Assembly: GCA_965237955.1 (NCBI GenBank)
Contig: OZ250169.1
Location: forward strand, 5,024,001 to 5,088,000
DNA: 64,000 bases
Origin: Candidatus Marinacidobacterales bacterium
Lineage (GTDB): Bacteria; Acidobacteriota; Vicinamibacteria; Marinacidobacterales; SMYC01
Direction of reading: 5' to 3'
A model generated the notes under the pieces. The model had not been told where the DNA came from. It saw only the letters and a program-made list of their open reading frames with translations, and did not search any database. The translations under genes and the position numbers were made by a program. This document shows, in pieces, positions 10,678 to 21,888 of the stretch. The first letter of the stretch is position 1. Each line of letters begins with the position of its first letter.

Positions 10678-12241
10678 TGTATTGGTTCAGCGTGAAGATG
10701 ACAGCGAGGTTGGACGTTAACGCAACGCCCGGCGGCAGGATGTCCCCTATCGCCCCAGGGATCGTACCAGAGTGCTCGGGGGCGTCAAGGGTAAAGCGCG
10801 CTGCGCGCGCCGGCTTCGCCGCCCTTGACGCCCCCTGCGCTCTCTGGTACTCAATGCTTGTGGGCGAGAGGGAACGGAGTGGGGCTCCTGGGATCAGAGT
10901 GTTCATGCGGGCACCTTGTTCGCACGGCGCTCACGCCGCAGCTTCCGAGCCTGCTCGAGTTTGCGGTCTCGCTCCGACCAGATCTGGGTGGCCTTGCCAT
11001 CCATGAAGTCCAGCGGCGCAATGTAGCCGATCGCGCTGTGCAGGCGAACCCCGTTGTAATATTCGACGAATCGTTCCATCAAGCGGCGAGCCTCTTCGAG
11101 GCTCGTGGGGCTGGCAGGACGCAGGGCGTCCGATTTTATCGTCTTGTGCCAACGCTCGATCTTCCCGTTCGATTGCGGGTAGTACGGTGCGGTCCTCACG
11201 TGCGTCATCCCTGAGATGCGGATGAATGCCTTGAAGTCCTTCGCGATGTACTGCGGACCGTTGTCCGAGATGATTCGAGGCCGCGCATCGGGGTACCGCT
11301 CCTTTGCTCGCTCCAAGATGCACTCCACATCCGCTTCCGTCATCGACTCACGAATCTCCCAGTGAACCACCGCGCGGCTCGCACCATCCAGAAACGAGCA
11401 GAGGTAGTAGAACGTCCCACCCAGGTTCAAGTACGAGATATCCGTGTGCCAGTGCTGGTGCGCTCGCAGCGGCTGAACGAAGCCCGTTCCCTTCTTCGAC
11501 GGCTTCGGGTTCCAACGGTCCAGACGACCCGCCTTCGACAACACCCGGTACGTCGTCGAGGGGCTAACTGCCACCACGTCTTCGTCCAGCATCATGAACG
11601 TGAGTCGGCGATACCCGTCCAGTGGGTGGCAGTCGAAGTAGTCGATCACGGACTGGCGCTCCCATTCTTCGATCCAGTGATCCCGCGGCACCAGGCCGTT
11701 GTGCTCATTCACCTTCCCGTACCGCTTGCGCCAGTCGTAGAACTTGCCCCGAGCGATCCCGCACCACTGAACGATCTGCTGGACCGGAAGCTGGGTCTTG
11801 GTGGCGATTGTGTTCACGAAGTCGACAACCTCGTCACGACGGTCATGGGGAATCCAGGCACCACTCAGGCTTCCCCAAGTTTTTTTTGAGTGTCACGTAC
11901 TCTTCGGTCACCTCAGCGATGATCTGATCCTTACGGGCCACCTTCGCCTCGAGACGGGAGAGCTTCTCCTCTAGCTCCTTCTCACGGCTCGGCGCACGAC
12001 GGAACGAAAACACCGTATGGGCTCCAGCCAATAGCTCCCTTTGCCATGTGTAGAACAGGCTCGGCTGGATTTCTGCCTCGTTGCATACCTCCGAGACCGG
12101 CTTTTTCTCGGCAACGTGCTGGCGCAACAGCTCTGCCTTTTGCTCCGCAGTGTGACGACGACGACCTTTGCTCATGACAGCTCCTTTTTCCATGTGCGTA
12201 TTTTAACTTCAGGACTGTCATGTTCCAGCTGAACCGAAACA
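10678..12241 (-). mobile_element. IS3-family insertion sequence
   Basis: TG...CA ends, 27-bp imperfect IR (22/27), TSD CGGG at 10674-10677 and 12242-12245. Confidence 0.93.
10903..12175 (-). CDS. IS3 transposase OrfA/OrfB with programmed frameshift
   Basis: OrfA HTH 11843-12175; OrfB DDE (WHTDISY, SDNGPQY, NGKIERWH); A8 slippery run at 11880-11887. Confidence 0.92.
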
Positions 12242-12742
12242 CGGGTTTCCGGCACGATGATCACGCGCTATGGGCTCTATGGCAAGTGGCGCGCGGAAGT
12301 CTGCTGGGAGACCGGCTCGGTGACGTCGTGCCGACGCGGGCTCACGTTCAGGATCCGCTGACCTCGGCGGCCGAACCCTTTCCTGTATAATCCCCATCCT
12401 TATGAGAATCCCGTCTTCCTTTGAACTCATAGACTTACGCGCCGGCCAAAGAGCGGATGTCGCGTTTGAGATCGCGGCGAGGAAGGGGCACACTCCATTC
12501 GAGTGCGTGCTGTCGGATTCGCAGGGCACGCCTATACAGCACCTCCGCTTCCCAGTACTTTCGCTCAGCTTCGTAAAGTCCAACGACCTGCTCAAGAGTC
12601 ACCGAAAGTGAGTGCCGTATTCACTGCATCTTCGGCGACAGTCACGTGTTCCGTGCCTTGGCAAATGAATGATAAGATGAGCGGACTTGCTGGCTGCCGG
12701 ATGGATGCGGACAAAATGGCTCGATAAGCGGAGACAAAACTA

Positions 12743-14335
12743 ATGAACATCCTTCTCTACAATCCCGATAACGAGGTAACGAACAACTACATGCCTCACC
12801 TATGGATGTTCCTCCTCCAGACGCTCACCCCTCCGGGGCACAAGGTGTTCCTCATTGATGGCAACGCCCAGCCGATGAACGAGGAGGAGATCGCGAACTT
12901 TGTTCGGGAAAACGAAATCGAGCTCGCTGGCATTGGAGCGATGACGCGCATGGCCGCGAGGGCCTACCGAATGGCGGATGCTATCCGTGCGGCAGGCGCC
13001 AAAGTGGTCATGGGAGGTCCGCACGTCACAGAGGTTCCCGACGAGCCCATTGGCCGCGACACCGAGCCCCGGCACGCGGATGCCGTCGCTTTGGGTGAGG
13101 CGGATGCGCTCTGGCCGCAAATCGTGCGCGATTGTGAGGCCGGAGAGCTCAAAGAGGTCTACCTGCCGGTTAATGAGGCCGGGGAAGAGGTCAAACCGGC
13201 CTTGGAAGACTATCCCAGTATCCCGTGGGAGCAGATGGATCTCACCCAGTTCAATCTGGTCGCGAAGATTCCAAAATTGGCGCGCTATCTGATCCGCAAG
13301 GCTGGGATTTCCTGGACCAGTTTCTACTTGGTGCCGATTGAGTCCGGTCGCGGGTGTCCGTACGGCTGTGACTTTTGCACGGTGACCGGGTTCTTTGGAG
13401 ACTCCATCCGTTTCCGAACGGACGAGAGCGTCGTCAACGAAATCCTGCGGCTGAAAGCGCGTGCCACTGCCGAGGGGGGACAGGTAGCGGTCTTCTTCAT
13501 CGACGATAACTTTGCCATCAATGTCAAACGCACCAAATCATTGCTTCGAGAGATGATCCGCCAAGGCGCTCAAATTCCTTGGATAGCACAGATCAGCATG
13601 AATCTTCTCAAGGACGAGGAGTTGGTAGATCTGATCAAGGAAAGTGGTGGACGATGGATCTTCATGGGCTTGGAGTCTATCGACCCCGATAATCTCAAGG
13701 CCGTCAACAAAGGGTTCAACAAGCCGGCTCAGTACGGCGACGTGCTGGATCGCTTGGCTCAGCGGGGCATTTACTCCATCACGTCGTTCATTTTCGGAAT
13801 GGATGGCGACGAGCCGGGAGTGGCGAACAAGACGATCGAGGCGATCGAGTCTTGGCCTCCGGGACTCCCCGTTTTTGGTTTGCTGACACCTTATCCCGCG
13901 ACACCGCTCTATGACCGTCTGTTGCAACAGGGTCGGCTCACGCGACCGAAACATTGGCTAGACTTCAAGCCGTTTGAGATGGCCTTTGCGCCGGAGAGCA
14001 TTACGATCGAACAAGCGGAGGCCGAAGTGCGCGAGGCCTGGGCCAAGTGCTACAGTCCCAAGGCCATTGCATCGGCCCTCAAGAGGATTGAACACCGCCC
14101 ATTCGTGGAAAGAGCCGTCATGTTGGTGACTCGATTGACTTTCCGAGGAATCTACTTTCCGCAGATGACGAAACGCCACTTGCTTAAACTGGTGTGGCAG
14201 AACCGTTCGAACCTTGCCAAGATTGTTGGTGAAGGTTGGGCGGCCAATCGTCGCCATCGTCGGAATAAGGCGACGCAGATGGCGGAATCCGTGCCCGAGG
14301 TCTCCAAGCCGGTTGAAAAACAGATGAGCCGCTGA
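12743..14335 (+). CDS. Cobalamin-binding radical SAM protein
   Basis: VVMGGPHVT, GEAD, GRGCPYGCDFC (CxxxCxxC), FIDDNF, GLES. Confidence 0.88.
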   Translation: MNILLYNPDNEVTNNYMPHLWMFLLQTLTPPGHKVFLIDGNAQPMNEEEIANFVRENEIELAGIGAMTRMAARAYRMADAIRAAGAKVVMGGPHVTEVPDEPIGRDTEPRHADAVALGEADALWPQIVRDCEAGELKEVYLPVNEAGEEVKPALEDYPSIPWEQMDLTQFNLVAKIPKLARYLIRKAGISWTSFYLVPIESGRGCPYGCDFCTVTGFFGDSIRFRTDESVVNEILRLKARATAEGGQVAVFFIDDNFAINVKRTKSLLREMIRQGAQIPWIAQISMNLLKDEELVDLIKESGGRWIFMGLESIDPDNLKAVNKGFNKPAQYGDVLDRLAQRGIYSITSFIFGMDGDEPGVANKTIEAIESWPPGLPVFGLLTPYPATPLYDRLLQQGRLTRPKHWLDFKPFEMAFAPESITIEQAEAEVREAWAKCYSPKAIASALKRIEHRPFVERAVMLVTRLTFRGIYFPQMTKRHLLKLVWQNRSNLAKIVGEGWAANRRHRRNKATQMAESVPEVSKPVEKQMSR

Positions 14336-14452
14336 TTTCGAGGCCCCGGCCACTTTCGGCTCTAGCTCGAGATTGGGCCGCCGCAGCGCAGCTCGTCCGT
14401 GCGGTAGGGATCGCCATGTTGCTCATGGTGTTGGTGTTTCCAGGAGGGAACC

Positions 14453-16273
14453 ATGAGATTCCTGTTGCTGATGACGTTTGGGCTTTCCACGTTTGGCCTC
14501 GCCCAGGAGCCCTCAGCCCGAGCGCAGGGCGAAGTCCAGGAGCGAGAGCCCGGGCCCGCGGAGAGGCCGTTCTGGCGGCCGGTGATCATGGGAACGCACG
14601 GCATGGTGGCCGCCGAGCATCCACTGGAGGCGATGGCGGGGATGAAGGTTCTCGAGGCGGGCGGAAACGCCATCGACGCGGCCGTCGCCGTCTTTTATAT
14701 GACGACGGTGGTGGAACAGCACCAGGCCGGTTTGGGAGGGGACGGCTTCATCCTCGCCTACATCGCCAAAGAGGATCGCGTCATCTTTATTAATGGTACC
14801 GGCCCCGCACCGGCGCGTGCGACTCGAGAGTTCTATGAGAAGCTCGGTGAGATCCCTGATGCGGGGCCGTACTCGACGGACGTCCCCGGCGCGGTGGGAG
14901 GCTTCGACCTGGCGCTTTCGCGCTACGGCACGATGCCTTACGACGAGCTTCTCGCGCCGGCCATCGAGGCAGCCAAGGGACAGCCGCTGGACTTTTGGGC
15001 CTCGCGCTCCCACGAAACGTCGGTCGAGAAGATTTCTCCGTACCAGAGCTCGGTCGAGCTCTTGATGCCCCAAGGACGCCCATTGCGCGCCGGCGAAATG
15101 TTTTTTCAGAAGGCACTTGCGAGCTCACTCGAGACGATAGCGAGGCAAGGAGCCGAGGCGTTCTATCGAGGCTCGCTCGCACGCAAATCGGCCTCGTTCT
15201 ATGAAAAACAGGGCGGGCTGCTCACGTACGAAGATCTTGCTGGCTATGAAGCCGAACAGGCCGAGCCTATCAAAACAACGTACGCGGGTCTCGAGGTCTA
15301 TCAGAGCGCGCCCAATTCGCAGGGCATCGTCATGCTGATGGCGCTCGATATTCTCGAGGGTTTCGACCTGGAAGCACTAGGCCACAACAGCCCCGAGTAC
15401 GTGCACCTCGTCACCGAAGCCATGAAGCTCGCTTTCGCGGACCGGAACCAGTGGGTGGCCGACCCACGTGTGGTGGACGTTCCTGTCGCCGGTCTTCTCT
15501 CCAAGGAGTATGCGGCGAAGAGGCGCGCACTCATACGCCGCGGTCGCGCTTTCGTCGCCGCCCCGCCGGGCGACCCCGTGCCGGCAAAGCCGTCCTGGAC
15601 GGGTTCGAAACGACCTATGCGGAACCTCAAACGGTCGAGAGCACGTCGGAGCCAGAGTTGCTCGACGGCGAGACGTCTTCGTTTTCCATTGCGGACAAAT
15701 TCGGAAATCTCGTTTCCGTGACGCATAGCATCAACTCCAGCTTCGGAAGCGGTATGGCGGTCGAAGGTGGGGGCTATTTCCTCAACAACCGCATGCCGTA
15801 CTTCAGCCTCGAAGAGGACGACGTCAACGTGCTCGTGCCGGGAAAGCGAACGCGCCATACGGTGAACCCCGCGCTCGCGCTCAAGGATGGCAAGCCGTAT
15901 CTGGCCTGGAACACGCCCGGTGGGGATAACCAGCCGCAAGCCATGCTTCAAGCTTTTCTCGCCTTCGTACATTTCGGGATGAACGTGCAGCAGGCGGTGG
16001 AAGCTCCGACCGTCACGTCGAGCGCCTTCCGCGCCTCGATGTATCCCGGCCGGATTCTCGGCAAGCTCACCATGCCCCAAGTTCTCGGCGACGAAGTGGC
16101 CGAGGCGCTGGCAGCCAAGGGACACAACGTGCAGGTGATTCCGCTGCAGCAGCCTTATCGTCAGGCCACCTCGGGCGCGGGGGCGGTCAAGATGGTCTGG
16201 ATCGATCCGGAGACGGGCATTTTTTCATGGAGGCGTCAGCCCGGCGAAGAGCGATTACGTGATCGGCTGGTAG
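14453..16273 (+). pseudogene. ggt: Gamma-glutamyltransferase, frameshifted
   Basis: GGNAIDAAVA, GLGGDGF, ETSSFSIAD, PGKRTRHT, TPGGD; frameshifts near 15580 and 16225; ends DYVIGW*. Confidence 0.85.
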
Positions 16274-16434
16274 TCCTCCATTCTCGTGAAATCGGCGAGC
16301 GCGATAGAGCCCGAGGTGACATCGCCCCGCTCCATCGCATCCTGGAGCTCGGGGATCGTCTTCTCGAACGCGTCGAAGCGTTCTGCCTGGGTCGCCAAGC
16401 TGCTTGCAAGTATTAAGGAAAGAGCCAGCGTCAT
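16274..16434 (-). pseudogene. N-terminal fragment of a secreted amidase
   Basis: Signal peptide then EKTIPELQDAMERGDVTS (amidase N-terminus); runs straight into the ggt 3' end. Confidence 0.6.
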
Positions 16435-17421
16435 GAGGTGCCTCCCGTGATTGGTTTTCGTGCGATCAGCTGCTGCGTCGACGTGGCGAACCCGAGGAGC
16501 ATCAACAACAAGTCGACGCCGGTGAAAAACGACAACGTCACCACGTTCGAGTAGTTGAAGATCTCGAAGACGCTTCTGTGTTTGGTCAAAGCGTCCATCT
16601 TCATCGAGTTTCGGATGCGCATGTTCCATGCGGGAGCCGACGTCGTCGCGCCGTGGCGCGCGATCTCGAGACCGCTTCGCCGGGCGAGCCCGGCGAGTGT
16701 CTTGCGCGAGAACAAATGGAAGTGCCTCGGGAAATGCGTCATGCCCCAGTTGTCTTTTGAAAATGTAGCGAGCCGGCGCGTTGGTGTCGGGCGTCTCGAG
16801 ATACAAAACCCCGCCGGGCGCCAGGTGCTCCGACATCCACCGAAACACCGCCCTCGGGTCGATCACATGCTCGATGACGTGGATGCCGATGATGGCGTCG
16901 AACCGAGCTGTGGTTTCTACGATCTCGACGGCGCCCTCCAACAGGCGAATGTTCTTCGTCCGGAGCGCGGAGCGGGTCTCGTCGTCGAAGTAGATATCGT
17001 TGGCGTAGAGCTCGATGGGGCAGGGGCTGATGTCGCCGAGGAACTCGAGCTGCCGGCCCGAGCCGGCTCCGATCTCCAGAACCTTGGAGCCCTTGCGGAG
17101 ATTCGACAAGACTGATTTCATGCGTCGCTTGTCGAACAAGTTGCGCTTGATCGATGCCACGAGCCCGGACGGGTGATACGCGGAGTCGTCGTTGAGCGTA
17201 AGATAGTTCGCGTAGATCTGGTGGATGTCCTCTTCCTTGGGTCGAGGCGTCAGATACCAGTGGCCGCACTCACCACATTCGAGAAAGGTGAAGGCGTTGT
17301 CGCACGTGCGGAACTCGATGTCATGTCCCTGGAACACGGTCGTGCCGCGACTGGGGTCCGTGCCGCACACGCCGCAGTCCACGGTCTCGAGCTCGAGCAC
17401 GATGCCGCTTTCTATGTTCAC
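16431..17421 (-). pseudogene. Class I SAM-dependent methyltransferase with N-terminal Zn ribbon, frameshifted near 16755
   Basis: CGVCG and CGECG, VLEIGAGSG, HVIEHV, GGVLYLETP; continues HFPRHF in another frame. Confidence 0.82.
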
Positions 17422-19040
17422 GTCGTTTTCGGCACGATGACGTAGAGGCGCACTGGCTCGCCGGTTCTCGGATCGGTCGCGAAGAGCTCGACGTAGACCA
17501 GACCCGGGTTTGGCCAGGCGAGCTCGAAGCGGTGCTCTCCCTCGGAGAGACGAACGCGCTCGGCGGTCTTTCCGTTGAGTCGGACCTCGACTTCGGTTCT
17601 ACCCGAGGGATTGCGCGGGCGGACGTTGAAGCGAACGACTTCGACTTCGGCTTCGGCTTCGGCTTCATCAGTCACCAAAACGTTGAAGCCGGCCGCGCCC
17701 GTCATCGCCGAGCGTTTGGGAGGGACTTTGAGAGGCCAGTGGACTCCGTAGTCGGCGCGAGCACTGAAGCTTCTCGGCAGCTGAGGGAGGACGATAACGG
17801 CCAGAATCGCTGCGGCAAGCCCGGCTACTGCCAAGATCTTCTTGTCGACGTTACCGAAACTACCCGCGAGCACGACGGCGGCAAGTGCGATGAGCTGCGG
17901 CTCGATAGGAGCGCGCAGGCGCGGACCGCCGAAGCCGGAGAGCGCCACCAGGCCCATGTTCACGGCGATCCAAACGAGAAGAAACGTTGCGAGAAACGGC
18001 TTCCGGCAAAGAACGACACCGAGCGGAGCGAGGAGGAGGCACACGACGAAGGCGAGGTCGCCGAATAGGTGCGAGGTGAATTTTGCGAACAGCGCCCCAG
18101 CTTTTGTCGCAGCGCCCAGGTAAATTTGCAGAAGACGGCCACCGTTGACGTGGAAAACCGATTCGACCGTCTTCCACCAATCGCTCATCGTTGCCATGGG
18201 GGCGTCCACGAAACCGCCGAGCAGAATGATGGCGGTCTTGGCCAGCGATGCGGGCTCATCGCCCTCGACGCCTCCGTAGCGCTCGACGATGAAGATGCTG
18301 CCGTGGTTCTCTACGAACGTCGCTTGGCCCAGATGCTGCGACAAGGAGACGCTGTAGGGTATCGTCAACAGAAAGAAGCCGCCGAAAAGTGCCGCTACAT
18401 TCCAAAGACTTCGGCGGCGATCACGATAGACCATCAGCGCGGCGAGAAACGGCAGCATGTACATCGGCATCGAGCGAGCAAGAGTCGCAATGCCGAAGAC
18501 GGCTCCCGCGGCTGCGAAGTCCCAGTGACTCAACCCGTCTTGTTTGAGGACGGCCCGAAGCAACAACACGAACGCGAGGAGCACGATGGGAACGTAGATC
18601 GCCTCCTGCATCGTCGACCACACCGCGATGATGTTCGGGAGCCATGCGGCGTAGATGGCTGCCGCGATGAGGCCGGCGCGCTCGGAGTGTAGTTGTCGTC
18701 CGAGAAAAAATAGGAGCGCGATCGTTGCCGTCGACATGAAGATTTGGCCAACTTGCGCGCTGAACGGATAACCGGGGAACAGCGCGAACAGCGAGAGAAA
18801 GACGGGGTACGCGGGTGGCAAGACGTAAAATCGCTGATCGTACGAAGAGTGTCGTACCGCATCGAACGTCCACCGCCACCCTTCGCCGTCTCGGGCCAGG
18901 ATGCGTCCCTTGAGCTTGTAGTGGTCCGGGTCGACTCACTCGTAGCGAGGCTGCGACTTGGCGTGGAGCAAATAGGCGATGCGAACGCTGCAACCCAGGA
19001 GGACTATCAGCGCAAGCGTCAGAACGGACGGTCTGCTCAT
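17418..19040 (-). pseudogene. GT-C (ArnT/PMT-like) glycosyltransferase, disrupted at N-terminus
   Basis: Multi-TM with PPAYPVFL and AGLIAAAIYA; ATG 19040, in-frame TGA at 18936-18938, frameshift near 18825. Confidence 0.75.
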
Positions 19041-19089
19041 TATCGTTGTAGCGTGAGGATTGTATACTAGTGCTCGCGGAGGGGAAGGC

Positions 19090-19359
19090 ATGCCGACAGT
19101 TGCGTTCACACCCAATCTTCAGCGCCACCTCGACTGCCCTGAAGTGACGGTTGCGGCGGACACGGTGGCCGCCGCTCTCGAGGCGGTGTTTCGGGACAAC
19201 CCGCAGCTTCGCGGTTACGTGCTCGATGAGCAGGGCCGGCTTCGCCAACACGTCGCGGTTTTCGTAGGCGGGGAGCTGATCCGCGATCGCGTACGCCTCA
19301 GCGACACCGTGGCAGCCAATCAAGATATTTTCGTGATGCAGGCACTATCGGGGGGATAG
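19090..19359 (+). CDS. MoaD/ThiS-family ubiquitin-like protein
   Basis: LRGYVLDEQGRLRQHVAVFV and C-terminal ALSGG. Confidence 0.9.
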   Translation: MPTVAFTPNLQRHLDCPEVTVAADTVAAALEAVFRDNPQLRGYVLDEQGRLRQHVAVFVGGELIRDRVRLSDTVAANQDIFVMQALSGG

Positions 19360-19362
19360 AGC

Positions 19363-20039
19363 ATGAGAGATCGGTTGCTCGTCGGCACACGCAAGGGAGT
19401 TTTCGTTTTCGTTCGACCTGGCGTTCGAGATGCAGCGGGGAAGTGGGAACTAAAGAGCTCGAGTTGTCCTGCGGCGGTGTCTGGATCACGGACGACGCGG
19501 GCGAGTCGTGGACGTGCAGCACCGAAGGGATGTATGCGGAGTACATGCCGCCCGAGCGACGGGAGGACGGCTCGATCCAAGATCCTCATCGCATCGTGCA
19601 GTGTCCGGCGGCGACGGACACCTTTTGGGCGCAGCACCACAACGGTGTTTTCCGCTCGACGAACGGTGGAGCGAGCTGGGAAGAATTGCATCCGCCGCCG
19701 TCGAAATTCGGGTTTGCCGCCGCGATTCACCCCGAAGACCCGAAGACCGCGTGGCTCGTTCCTCTCGTGAAAGACGATTGCCGCGTGCCCGTCGATGGAA
19801 AGGTCGTCGTCGCCCGCACCCGCGATGGCGGCGAGAGCTTCGAGGTTCTGCGCGAAGGTCTTCCGCAGGAGAACGCGTACGACGTCGTGTTCCGCCACAG
19901 CTTTGACATCGACGCGACCGGCGATGTGCTCGCGATGGGCTCGACGACCGGATCACTCTGGCTTACCCAAAACCAGGGTGACTCGTGGAACACTCTATCG
20001 ACCCACCTGCCACCCGTGTATTGCGTACGCTTCGGCTAA
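19363..20039 (+). pseudogene. BNR/sialidase-like beta-propeller with internal deletion
   Basis: LLVGTRKGVF start jumps near 19465 to SCGGVWITDDAGESW; BNR repeats STNGGASW and TRDGGESF. Confidence 0.75.
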
Positions 20040-20420
20040 TTAGGTTCTAACGGAGTCGACGACGGCGCGCAAGTCTGTGATTTCACGGGTGGACGCATTC
20101 TGATGACCAGATGATGCTTCCCAGAATCGTCACCGGATGAGACGAGCCCATGGCTCGCTCCGAACCCCGGGAAAAACCTACGAACGGCTAAAAGCCGTAG
20201 CGTAGTGAAATCACTACGCCGGGCCCCAATCTCCGCCGTGTAGCGCTGGAGTCTTCACTCGGTGTGGGCGCTTTCCCCCCATTTCTTTATCGGAGAGCTG
20301 GCGGGGAGATCCGACGATTCAAGTCACTGTAAAACCACAGTACTCGCAGTACAATGCGAGGTACACGAGAAAATTTGGTTTCGGATAACCGTCCCAACCG
20401 GACTTGCGAGAGGAGGAAGT

Positions 20421-21020
20421 GTGAAGACCACTCTCGATCTGACAACCGAATTCGCAGCCCTTGACGATACCAAGAGTCGCTGCCGCGGGAAACTTTCCCC
20501 TGCCGACGAGCGGCGTTGGGCGGAGCTGAAGCCCTTTTATAACGTGCTGATGGCTCAAGAAGGGTTCCCCTCGACAGCATCAGCACCCGGTTTCACGGCG
20601 GCGGATATCCGCGAGCGTGTACGGCCTCGAGAGAGACTGCGCGTGCGAGTGGAGTCGGAAGTCGTCGTCGTCTATCAATGCGAGCATCACATCGCGGATC
20701 TCGTGAACTTGAGCTGCGGTGGCGCCCTCCTTGCGACACCGGTTTCCCTCCAGGGCGGTGCCCCGCTGTCACTTTGCTTCACGAGTTTCCCCGGTGTCAG
20801 AGGGCCGATACTCACCGTCGAGGCGGAAGTGGTCTGGGGAAGTGAGGCAGGGCTGTCCGCGAAAGCGGGAGTGCGATTCGTCGATTTGCCCGCCCAGTCG
20901 CTGGATTTGCTCGATGCTTTCGTTCTCGAGAACCTCGAGAAATGCCTCTTTACGCTCCGTGTGGCCGCCCTCGAGCCAGGCTTCGCTGCCCGTGAACAGC
21001 TCGTAAAGCAAGTGGGGTAA
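20421..21020 (+). CDS. PilZ domain protein, paralog of 4748-5348
   Basis: GAGGAGG RBS, GTG start, RERLR and NLSCGG motifs. Confidence 0.8.
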   Translation: MKTTLDLTTEFAALDDTKSRCRGKLSPADERRWAELKPFYNVLMAQEGFPSTASAPGFTAADIRERVRPRERLRVRVESEVVVVYQCEHHIADLVNLSCGGALLATPVSLQGGAPLSLCFTSFPGVRGPILTVEAEVVWGSEAGLSAKAGVRFVDLPAQSLDLLDAFVLENLEKCLFTLRVAALEPGFAAREQLVKQVG

Positions 21021-21115
21021 AACCGCTTCGCGCGACGTGGGTAATCACCTACAGCTTTCCGACCGTCATCTCCTGAAGGGGACAGATTCTGCGGGACTTC
21101 GGAGACAGTGCCGAA

Positions 21116-21132
21116 TAGGAATGCTCCTTGCA
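21116..21132 (+). promoter_or_regulatory. Weak sigma54-like promoter
   Basis: AGGAATGCTCCTTGC (GG-N10-GC). Confidence 0.35.
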
Positions 21133-21153
21133 TATTGCAAGAAAATAGAGGCC

Positions 21154-21582
21154 ATGAAGAAGAAGCCATACAACGAGTGCCGTGCCGAACCGCGGATGAA
21201 GACCGAAGAGCCTATCGGTGTTCATCTACGAGGCGGCGCGCATTCTGGCTTGGGACGCCTCGTCGATATCAATAATAAAGGGGCCCTCATCGCGACGGAG
21301 ATGGCGCTCAAGCCCGGGGTCGTCGTGACGCTCGAAATCGAGGTGCCAGGCTCTACCGAGCCCGAAACTGTGCGCGGTGTCGTGGCGCGTCGGGCAATGG
21401 ACTCGACCGTGGGGCTCGGAATAGAGTTTCTTCCCACAACGGTCGACGAACGAGATCATATCCACTACGTGGTGATGACGATTCTTGCACTCGACCTACT
21501 CGCTTACGAAACGACACAGGAGCCCGCCGAAGCGCGCGCCGTTGTCCCACCTGCTTCTCGATCGAACGACGAGAGCGCCTGA
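21154..21582 (+). CDS. PilZ domain protein
   Basis: RAEPR and DINNKG motifs, GLGIEFL. Confidence 0.8.
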   Translation: MKKKPYNECRAEPRMKTEEPIGVHLRGGAHSGLGRLVDINNKGALIATEMALKPGVVVTLEIEVPGSTEPETVRGVVARRAMDSTVGLGIEFLPTTVDERDHIHYVVMTILALDLLAYETTQEPAEARAVVPPASRSNDESA

Positions 21583-21846
21583 GTCATTCTTCGGGAGGTA
21601 GCCTCTCGGTCCGCACGTCCTTCGGGAGCTCGAAAATCAGACAAACGGGCGCTCCCCCAGAACATAGTCAAGGTTCTCTTCGAGTCCTCATTCTGGGTTA
21701 TCCACACACTGGCCAACCCACGAGTGGGGTCCTTTCCCTACACGCAGAGACGTGTCGCGGCAGGATGCCGATAGCAGGACCGCCTCTAAATAGCCTCTGG
21801 TGAAGGGATTGTCAGCCTGGTCGGTATTCGTGCACGTTGGGACCGC

Positions 21847-21863
21847 TAGGCACCATTCTTGCA
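21847..21863 (+). promoter_or_regulatory. sigma54 -24/-12 promoter
   Basis: AGGCACCATTCTTGC (GG-N10-GC); implies a start at TTG 21889 after GGAGG. Confidence 0.6.
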
Positions 21864-21888
21864 ATTTCTTGCCGGGAGGTGTGCGCTC

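Larger units (their letters stand above)
10311..12361 (+). pseudogene. Secreted hypothetical protein interrupted by IS3
   Basis: Removing the IS and one CGGG restores the frame ...ATARVR-VSGTMITRYGLYGKW...FRIR* (stop 12359-12361). Confidence 0.75.

Noticed and set aside
20100-20420. c-di-GMP-I (GEMM) riboswitch upstream of PilZ
   Set aside because: The GGCAAAC...GAAA...GACGCAAAG core is not present.
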